DNA from: Euprymna scolopes
Taxonomy: Eukaryota
Length of the DNA: 64,000 nt
Assembly: GCA_053919585.1 (NCBI GenBank)
Contig: CM132787.1
Reading direction: 5' to 3' (one strand)
Made by a program: the position numbers and the translations under genes. Below, in pieces: positions 52,401-64,000 of the stretch. Every line of letters starts with the position of its first letter. Position 1 is the stretch's first letter. The notes under the pieces were generated by a model. The model had not been told where the DNA came from and made no database searches. It saw nothing but the letters and a program-made list of their open reading frames with translations.

Positions 52401-55400
52401 AAGTGTACCAATCATGGCATATCATATGGAAAATAAACAGTGTACCAATCATTGCATATCGTATGGAACATAACAAGTGCACCAATCATTGCATATCATA
52501 TGGAAAATAAAAAGTGTACCAATCATTGCATATCATATGGAAAATGAAATGTGTACCAATCATTGCATATCATATGGAAAATAAAAAGTGTACCAATCAT
52601 TGCATATCATATGGAAAATAAAATGTGTACCAATCATTGCATATCATATGGAAAATAAAAAGTGTACCAATCATTGCATATTATATGGAAAATAAAAAGT
52701 GGACCAATCATTGCATATCATATGGAAAATAAAAAGTGTACCAATCATTGCATATCGTATGGAAAAAAAAAAATTTTACCATTCATTGCTTATCATATTG
52801 AAAATAAAAAGTGTACCAATCATTGCATATCGTATGGAAAATAAAAAGTGCACATATCATTGCATATCATATGGAAAGTAAAAAGTGTACCAATCATTGC
52901 ATATTCTATGGAAAATGAAATGTGTACCAATCATAGCATATCATATGGAAAATAAAAAGTGTACCAATCATTGCATATCATATGGAAAATAACATGTGTA
53001 CCAATCATTGCATATCATAGCGAAAATAAAAAGTGTACCAATCATTGCATATCATATGGAAAATAAAAAGTGTACAAATCATTGCATATCATATGGAAAA
53101 TTAAAAAGTGTTCCAATCATTGCATATCATATGGAAAATAAAAAGTGTACCAATCATTGCATATCATATGGAAAATAAAAAGTGTACAAATCATTGCATA
53201 TCATATGGAAAATAAAAAATGTACCAATCATTGCATATCATATGGAAAACACCAAGTGTACCACTCAAAGCATATCATATGGAAAATAAAAAGTGTACCA
53301 ATCATTGCATATCATATCGAAAATAAAAAGTGTACCAATCATTGCGTATCATATGGAAAATAAAAAGTGTACCAATCATTGCATATAATATGGAAAATAA
53401 AAAGTGTACCAATCATTGCATATAATAGGGAAAATAAAAAGTTGACCAATCATTGCATATCATATGGAAAATAAAAAGTGGACCAATCATTGCATATCAT
53501 ATGGAAAATAAAATATGTACCTATAATTGCATATCATATGGAAAATAAAAAGTGGACCAATCATTGCATATCATATGGAAAATAAAAATTGGACCAATCA
53601 TTGCATATCGTACGGAAAATAAAATGTGTACCAATTATTGCATATCATATGGAAAACAACAAAATTGTACGAACCATTGCATATCATATGGAAAATAAAA
53701 AGTGTACCAATCATTGCATATCATATGGAAAATCAAAAGTGGACCAATCATTGAATATTATATGGAAAATAAAATGTGTACCAATCATTGCATATCATAT
53801 GGAAAATAACAAGTGGACCACTCATTGCATATCATATGGAAAATAAAATGTGTACCAATCATTGCATATCATATGGAAAAAAAAAAGTGGACAAATCATT
53901 GCATATCATATTGAAAATAAAATGTGTACCAATCATTGCATATCATATGGAAAATAAATAGTGTACCAATCATTGCATATCATATGGAAAATAAAATGTG
54001 TACCAATAATTGCATATTATATGGAAAATAAAAAGTGGACCAATCACTGCATATCATATGGAAAATAAAAAGTGGACTAATCATTGCATATCATATGGAA
54101 AACAAAATGTGTACCAATCATTGCATATCATATGGAAAATAAAAAGTGTTCCAATCATTGCATATCATATGGAAAATAAAATGTGTACCAATCATTGCAT
54201 ATCATATGGAAAATAAAAAGTGTACCAATCATTGCATATCATATGGAAAATAAAAAGTGGACCAATCATTGCATATCATATGGAAAATAAAAAGTGTACC
54301 AAAAATTGCATATCATATGGAAAATAAAAAGTGTACCAATCATTGCATATCATATGGAAAATAAAAAGTGTACCAATCATTGCATATCATATGGAAAATA
54401 AAATGTGTACCAATCATTGCATATCATATGGAAAATAAAAAGTGGACCAATCATTGCATATCATATGGAAAATAAAAAGTGTACCAATAATTGCATATTA
54501 TATGGAAAATAAAAAGTGTACCAATCATTGCATATCATATGGAAAATAAAAACTGTACCAATCATTGCATATCATATGGAAAATAAACAGTGTACCAATC
54601 ATTGCATATCATATGGAAAATAAAAAGTGTACCAATCATTGCATATCATATGGAAAATAAAAAGTGTACCAATCATTGCATATCATATTGAAAATAAAAA
54701 GTGTACCAATCATTGCATATCATATGGAAAATAAAAAGTGTACCAATCATTGCATATCGTATGGAACATAAAAAGTGCACCAATCATTGCATATCATATG
54801 GAAAATAAAATGTGTACCAATCATTGCATATCATATGGAAAATGAAATGTGTACCAATCATTGCATATCATATGGAAAATAAAAAGTGTACCAATCATTG
54901 CATATCATATGGAAAATAAAATGTGTACCAATCATTGCATATCATATGGAAAATAAAAAGTGTACCAATCATTGCATATCATATGGAAAATAAAAAGTGG
55001 ACCAATCATTGCATATCATATGGAAAATAAAAAGTGTACCAATCATTGCATATCATATGGAAAATAAAAAGTGTACCAATCATTGCATATCATATTGAAA
55101 ATAAAAAGTGTACTAATCATTGCATATCGTATGGAAAATAAAAAGTGCACCAATCATTGCATATCATATGGAAAATAAAAAGTGTACCAATCATTGCATA
55201 TCATATGGAAAATGAAATGTGTACCAATCATTGCATATCATATGGAAAATAAAAAGTGTACCAATCATTGCATATCATATGGAAAATAAAATGTGTACCA
55301 ATCATTGCATATCATATGGAAAATAAAAAGTGTACCAATCATTGCATATCATATGGATAATAAAAAGTGGACCAATCATTGCATATCATATGGAAAATAA

Positions 55401-58400
55401 AAAGTGTACAAATCATTGCATATCGTACGGAAAATAAAATGTGTACCAATTATTGCATATCATATGGAAAATAAAAAGTGTACGAACCATTGCATATCAT
55501 ATGGAAAATAAAAAGTGTACCAATCATTGCATATCATATAGAAAATAAAATGTGTACCAATCATTGCATATCATATGGAAAATAAAATGTGTACCAATCA
55601 TTGCATATCATATGGAAAATAAAAAGTGGACCAATCATTGCATATCATATTGAGAATAAAATGTGTACCAATCATTGCATATCATATGGAAAATAAAAAG
55701 TGGACAAATCATTTCATATCATATTGAAAATAAAATGTGTACCAATCATTGCATATCATATGGAAAATAAAAAGTGTACTAATCATTCCATATCATATGG
55801 AAAATAAAATGTGTACCAATAATTGCATATCATATGGAAAATAAAAAGTGGACCAATCATTGCATATCATATGGAAAATAAAAAGTGGACCAATCATTGC
55901 ATATCATATGGAAAAATAATTGTGTACCAATCATTGCATATCATATGGAAAATAAAAAGTGTTCCAATCATTGCATATCATATGGAAAATAAAATGTGTA
56001 CCAATCATTGCATATCATATGGAAAATAAAAAGTGGACCAATCATTGCATATCATATGGAAAATAAAAAGTGTACCAATCATTGCATATCATATGGAAAA
56101 TAAAAAGTGTACCAATCATTGCATATCATATGGAAAATAAAAAGTGTACAAATAATTGCATATCATATGGAAAATACAAAGTGTACCAATCATGGCATAT
56201 CATATGGAAAATAAACAGTGTACCAATCATTGCATATCGTATGGAACATAACAAGTGCACCAATCATTGCATATCATATGGAAAATAAAAAGTGTACCAA
56301 TCATTGCATATCATATGGAAAATGAAATGTGTACCAATCATTGCATATCATATGGAAAATAAAAAGTGTACCAATCATTGCATATCATATGGAAAATTAA
56401 ATGTGTACCAATCATTGCATATCATATGGAAAATAAAAAGTGTACCAATCATTGCATATCATATGGAAAATAAAAAGTGGACCAATCATTGCATATCATA
56501 TGGAAAATAAAAAGTGTACCAATCATTGCATATCGTATGGAAAATAAAAAGTGTACCAATCATTGCTTATCATATTGAAAATAAAAAGTGTACCAATCAT
56601 TGCATATCGTATGGAAAATAAAAAGTGCACATATCATTGCATATCATATGGAAAGTAAAAAGTGTACCAATCATTGCATATTCTATGGAAAATGAAATGT
56701 GTACCAATCATAGCATATCATATGGAAAATAAAAAGTGTACCAATCATTGCATATCATATGGAAAATAACATGTGTACCAATCATTGCATATCATAGCGA
56801 AAATAAAAAGTGTACCAATCATTGCATATCATATGGAAAATAAAAAGTGTACAAATCATTGCATATCATATGGAAAATTAAAAAGTGTTCCAATCATTGC
56901 ATATCATATGGAAAATAAAAAGTGTACCAATCATTGCATATCATATGGAAAATAAAAAGTGTACAAATCATTGCATATCATATGGAAAATAAAAAATGTA
57001 CCAATCATTGCATATCATATGGAAAACACCAAGTGTACCACTCAAAGCATATCATATGGAAAATAAAAAGTGTACCAATCATTGCATATCATATCGAAAA
57101 TAAAAAGTGTACCAATCATTGCGTATCATATGGAAAATAAAAAGTGTACCAATCATTGCATATAATATGGAAAATAAAAAGTGTACCAATCATTGCATAT
57201 CATATGGAAAACAAACAGTGTACCAATCATTGCATATCATATGGAAAATAAAAAGTGTACCAATCATTGCATATCATATGGAAAATAAAAAGTGTACCAA
57301 TCATTGCATATCATATTGAAAATAAAAAGTGTACCAATCATGGCATATCATATGGAAAATAAACAGTGTACCAATCATTGCATATCGTATGGAACATAAC
57401 AAGTGCACCAATCATGTCATATCATATGGAAAATAAAAAGTGTACCAATCATTGCATATCATATGGAAAATGAAATGTGTACCAATCATTGCATATCATA
57501 TGGAAAATAAAAAGTGTACCAATCATTGCATATCATATGGAAAATAAAATGTGTACCAATCATTGCATATCATATGGAAAATAAAAAGTGTACCAATCAT
57601 TGCATATCATATGGAAAATAAAAAGTGGACCAATCATTGCATATCATATGGAAAATAAAAAGTGTACCAATCATTGCATATCGTATGGAAAATAAAAAGT
57701 GTACCAATCATTGCTTATCATATTGAAAATAAAAAGTGTACCAATCATTGCATATCGTATGGAAAATAAAAAGTGCACATATCATTGCATATCATATGGA
57801 AAGTAAAAAGTGTACCAATCATTGCATATTCTATGGAAAATGAAATGTGTACCAATCATAGCATATCATATGGAAAATAAAAAGTGTACCAATCATTGCA
57901 TATCATATGGAAAATAACATGTGTACCAATCATTGCATATCATAGCGAAAATAAAAAGTGTACCAATCATTGCATATCATATGGAAAATAAAAAGTGTAC
58001 AAATCATTGCATATCATATGGAAAATTAAAAAGTGTTCCAATCATTGCATATCATATGGAAAATAAAAAGTGTACCAATCATTGCATATCATATGGAAAA
58101 TAAAAAGTGTACAAATCATTGCATATCATATGGAAAATAAAAAATGTACCAATCATTGCATATCATATGGAAAACACCAAGTGTACCACTCAAAGCATAT
58201 CATATGGAAAATAAAAAGTGTACCAATCATTGCATATCATATCGAAAATAAAAAGTGTACCAATCATTGCGTATCATATGGAAAATAAAAAGTGTACCAA
58301 TCATTGCATATAATATGGAAAATAAAAAGTGTACCAATCATTGCATATAATAGGGAAAATAAAAAGTTGACAAATCATTGCATATCATATGGAAAATAAA

Positions 58401-61400
58401 AAGTGGACCAATCATTGCATATCATATGGAAAATAAAATATGTACCTATCATTGCATATCATATGGAAAATAAAAAGTGGACCAATCATTGCATATCATA
58501 TGGAAAATAAAAATTGGACCAATCATTGCATATCGTACGGAAAATAAAATGTGTACCAATTATTGCATATCATATGGAAAACAACAAAATTGTACGAACC
58601 ATTGCATATCATATGGAAAATAAAAAGTGTACCAATCATTGCATATCATATGGAAAATCAAAAGTGGACCAATCATTGAATATTATATGGAAAATAAAAT
58701 GTGTACCAATCATTGCATATCATATGGAAAATAACAAGTGGACCACTCATTGCATATCATATGGAAAATAAAATGTGTACCAATCATTGCATATCATATG
58801 GAAAAAAAAAGTGGACAAATCATTGCATATCATATTGAAAATAAAATGTGTACCAATCATTGCATATCATATGGAAAATAAATAGTGTACCAATCATTGC
58901 ATATCATATGGAAAATAAAATGTGTACCAATAATTGCATATTATATGGAAAATAAAAAGTGGACCAATCACTGCATATCATATGGAAAATAAAAAGTGGA
59001 CTAATCATTGCATATCATATGGAAAACAAAATGTGTACCAATCATTGCATATCATATGGAAAATAAAAAGTGTTCCAATCATTGCATATCATATGGAAAA
59101 TAAAATGTGTACCAATCATTGCATATCATATGGAAAATAAAAAGTGGACCAATCATTGCATATCATATGGAAAATAAAAAGTGGACCAATCATTGCATAT
59201 CATATGGAAAATAAAAAGTGTACCAATAATTGCATATCATATTGAAAATAAAAAGTGTACCAATCATTGCATATCATATGGAAAATAAAAAGTGTACCAA
59301 TCATTGCATATCATATGGAAAATAAAATGTGTACCAATCATTGCATATCATATGGAAAATAAAAAGTGGACCAATCATTGCATATCATATGGAAAATAAA
59401 AAGTGTACCAATAATTGCATATTATATGGAAAATAAAAAGTGTACCAATCATTGCATATCATATGGAAAATAAAAACTGTACCAATCATTGCATATCATA
59501 TGGAAAATAAACAGTGTACCAATCATTGCATATCATATGGAAAATAAAAAGTGTACCAATCATTGCATATCATATGGAAAATAAAAAGTGTACCAATCAT
59601 TCCATATCATATTGAAAATAAAAAGTGTACCAATCATTGCATATCATATGGAAAATAAAAAGTGTACCAATCATTGCATATCGTATGGAACATAAAAAGT
59701 GCACCAATCATTGCATATCATATGGAAAATAAAATGTGTACCAATCATTGCATATCATATGGAAAATGAAATGTGTACCAATCATTGCATATCATATGGA
59801 AAATAAAAAGTGTACCAATCATTGCATATCATATGGAAAATAAAATGTGTACCAATCATTGCATATCATATGGAAAATAAAAAGTGTACCAATCATTGCA
59901 TATCATATGGAAAATAAAAAGTGGACCAATCATTGCATATCATATGGAAAATAAAAAGTGTACCAATCATTGCATATCATATGGAAAATAAAAAGTGTAC
60001 CAATCATTGCATATCATATTGAAAATAAAAAGTGTACTAATCATTGCATATCGTATGGAAAATAAAAAGTGCACCAATCATTGCATATGATATGGAAAAT
60101 AAAAAGTGTACCAATCATTGCATATCATATGGAAAATGAAATGTGTACCAATCATTGCATATCATATGGAAAATAAAAAGTGTACCAATCATTGCATATC
60201 ATATGGAAAATAAAATGTGTACCAATCATTGCATATCATATGGAAAATAAAAAATGTACCAATCATTGCATATCATATGGATAATAAAAAGTGTACAAAT
60301 CATTGCATATCATATGGAAAATAAAAAGTGTACCAATCATTGCATATCATATGGAAAATAAAAAATGTACCAATCATTGCATATCATATGGAAAATAAAA
60401 AGTGTACCAATCATTGCCTATCATATGGAAAATCAAAAGTGTACCAATCATCGCATATCATATGGAAAACACCAAGTGTACCACTCATAGCATATCATAT
60501 TGAAAATAAAAAGTGTACAAATCATTGCATATCATATGGAAAATAAAAAGTGGACCAATCATTGCATATCATATGGAAAATAAACAGTTGACCAATCATT
60601 GCATATCATATGGAAAATAAAAAGTGTACAAATCGTTGCATATCATATGGAAATAAAGTGTACCAAACATTGCATATCATATGGAAAATAAAAAGTGTAC
60701 AAATCATTGCATATCATATGGAAAATAAAATGTGTACCAATCATTGCATATCATATGGAAAATAAAAAGTGTACAAATCATTGCATATCATATGGAAAAT
60801 CAAAAGTGGACCAATCATTGCATATCATATGGAAAATAAAAAGTGTACAAATCATTGCATATCATATGGATAATAAAAAGTGGACCAATCATTGCATATC
60901 GTATTGAAAATAAAAATTGGACCAATCATTGCATATCATATGGAAAATAAAATGTGTACCAATCATTGCATATCATATGGAAAATAAAAAGTGTACCAAT
61001 CATTGCATATCATATGGAAAATAAAATGTGTACCAATCATTGCATATCATATGGAAAATAAAAAGTGGACCAATCATTGCATATCATATGGAAAATCAAA
61101 AGTGTACCAATCATTGAATATCATATGGAAAATAAAAAGCGTACAAATCATTGCATATCATATGGAAAATAAAAAGTGTACCAATCATTGCATATCATAT
61201 GGAAAAAAAAGTAGACCAATCATTGCATATCATATGGAAAATAAAATGTGTACCAATCATTGCATATCATATGGAAAATAAAAAGTGTACCAATCATTGC
61301 ATATCATATGGAAAATAAAATGTGTACCAATCATTGCATATCATATGGAAAATAAAAAGTGGACCAATAATTGCATATCATATGGAAAATAACAAGTGGA

Positions 61401-64000
61401 CCAATCATTGCATATCATATGGAAAATAAAAAGTGTACCAATCATTGCATATCATATGGAAAATAAAAAGTGTACCAATCATTGCATATCATATGGACAA
61501 TAAAAAGTGTACCAATAATTGCATATTATATGGAAAATAAAAAGTGTACCAATCATTGCATATCATATGGAAAAAAAAGTGTACAAATCATTGCATATCA
61601 TATAGAAAATAAAATGTGTACAAATCATTGCATATCATATGGAAAATAAAATGTGTACCAATCATTGCATATCATACGGAAAATAAAAAGTGTACCAATC
61701 ATGTCATATAATATGGAAAATGAAATGTGTACCAATCATTGCATATCATATGGAAAATAAAAAGTGAACCAATCATTGCATATCATATGGAAAATAAAAA
61801 GTGTACCAATCATTGCATATCATATGGAAAATAAAAAGTGTACCAATCATTGCATATCATATGGAAAATAAAATGTGTACCAATCATTGCATATCATATG
61901 GAAAATTAAAAGTGGACCAATCATTGCATATCATATGGAAAATAAAAAGTGGACCAATCATTGCATATAATATGGAAAATAACAAGTGGACGAATCATTG
62001 CATATCATATGGAAAATAAAATATGTACCAATCATTGCATATCATATGGAAAATAAAAAGTGGACCAATCATTGCATATCATATGGAAAATAAAAAGTGG
62101 ACCAATCATTGCATATCGTACGGAAAATAAAATGTGTACAAATTATTGCATATCATATGGAAAATAAAAAGTGTACCAATCATTGCATATCATATGGAAA
62201 ATCAAAAGTTGACCAATCATTGAATATCATATGGAAAATAAAATGTGTACCAATCATTGCATATCCTATGGAAAATAAAAAGTGGACCAATCATTGCATA
62301 TCATATGGAAAATAAAATGTGTACCAATCATTGCATATCATATGGAAAAAAAAGTGGACAAATCATTGCATATCATATTGAAAATAAAATGTGTACCAAT
62401 CATTGCATATCATATGGAAAATAAATAGTGTACCAATCATTGCATATCATATGGAAAAAAAAATGTGTACCAATCATTGCATATCATATGGAAAATAAAA
62501 AGTGGACCAATCACTGCATATCATATGGAAAATAAAAAGTGTACCAATCATTGCATATCATATGGAAAACAAAATGTGTACCAATCATTGCATATCATAT
62601 GGAAAATAAAAAGTGTTCCACTCATTGCATATCATATGGAAAATAAAAAGTGTACCAATCATTGCATATCATATGGAAAATAAAAAGTGGACCAATCATT
62701 GCATATCATATGGAAAATAAAAAGTGTACATATCATTGCATATCATATGGAAAATAAAAAGTGTACCAATCATTGCATATCATATGGAAAATAAAAAGTG
62801 TACCAATCATTGCATATCATATGGAAAATAAAAAGTGTACCAATCATTGCATATCATATGGAAAATAAAATGTGTACCAATCATTGCATATCATATGGAA
62901 AATAAAAAGTGGACCAATCATTGCATATCATATGGAAAATAAAAAGTGTACCAATAATTGCATATTATATGGAAAATAAAAACTGTACCAATCATTGCAT
63001 ATCATATGGAAAATAAAAACTGTACCAATCATTGCATATCATATGGAAAATAAACAGTGTACCAATCATTGCATATCATATGGAAAATAAAAAGTGTACC
63101 AATCATTGCATATCATATGGAAAATAAAAAGTGTACCAATCATTGCATATCATATTGAAAATAAAAAGTGTACCAATCATTGCATATCATATTGAAAATA
63201 AAAAGTGTACCAATCATTGCATATCGTATGGAACATAAAAAGTGCACCAATCATTGCATATAATATGGAAAATAAAAAGTGTACCAATCATTGCATATCA
63301 TATGGAAAATGATATGTGTACCAATCATTGCATATCATATGGAAAATAAAAAGTGTACCAATCATTGCATATCACATGGAAAATAAAATGTGTACCAATC
63401 ATTGCATATCATATGGAAAATAAAATGTGTACCAATCATTGCATATCATATGGAAAATAAAAAGTGGACGAATCATTGCATATCATATGGAAAATAAAAA
63501 GTGTACCAATAATTGCATATCATATAGAAAATAAAAAGTGTACCAATCATTGCATATCATATTGAAAATAAAAAGTGTACCAATCATTGCATATCGTATG
63601 TATAATAAAAAGTGCACCAATCATTGCATATCATATGGAAAGTAAAAAGTGTACCAATCATTGCATATCATATGGAAAATCAAAAGTGTACCAATCATCG
63701 CATATCATATGGAAAACACCAAGTGTACCACTCATAGCATATCATATTGAAAATAAAAAGTTTACCAATCATTGCATATCATATGGAAAATAAAAAGTTG
63801 ACCAATCATTGCATATCATATGGAAAATAAACAGTTGACCAATCATTGCATATCATATGGAAAATAAAAAGTGTACAAATCGTTGCATATCATATGGAAA
63901 TAAAGTGTACCCAACATTGCATATCATATGGAAAATAAAAAGTGTACAAATCATTGCATATCATATGGAAAATAAAATGTGTACCAATCATTGCATATCA
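25498..64000. repeat. 37-bp satellite DNA array, ~1,040 monomers, consensus GGAAAATAAAAAGTGTACCAATCATTGCATATCATAT; continues past the window end
   Basis: Continuous head-to-tail 37-bp periodicity in one orientation, typically 0-3 variants per unit, with kb-scale duplicated blocks. Confidence 0.99.

Noticed and set aside
25805-63793. Over 100 short Cys/His-rich ORFs (MYQSLHIIWKIKSVPIIAYHMENKKCTNHCISYGK)
   Set aside because: They are translations of the 37-bp monomer cycling through three frames. They lack C2H2 spacing and are not genes.
25498-64000. CRISPR-like array (37-bp repeats)
   Set aside because: The repeats are head-to-tail with no unique spacers, there are no cas genes, and the context is eukaryotic.

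Overview
AT-rich eukaryotic (probably invertebrate animal) DNA crossing a boundary into satellite DNA. Positions 1-25,497 are mostly decayed mobile elements: CR1/L2-type LINEs (APE+RT), two R4/Dong-type RLE retrotransposon fragments, Penelope-like remnants carrying hammerhead-ribozyme motifs, a Helitron Pif1-helicase relic with short non-autonomous Helitron-like elements, a long-TIR foldback element, and a 5S-rRNA-derived sequence. This part also holds several mini/microsatellites, long palindromes and five N blocks. The only plausible host ORF is a small C2H2 zinc-finger ORF (24423-24782, minus strand) about 0.7 kb from the boundary. From 25,498 to the window end is a ~38.5 kb array of a 37-bp satellite (~1,040 monomers) with kb-scale internal duplications; the many ORFs called there are repeat translations. 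The most notable observations are (i) a structurally complete type I hammerhead ribozyme at 7364-7416 inside a hairpin between two (TA)n tracts, with three related hammerhead motifs within ~8 kb, and (ii) the zinc-finger gene beside the satellite, whose recognition residues partly match the satellite core (speculative). All calls were made by eye; no searches were run.
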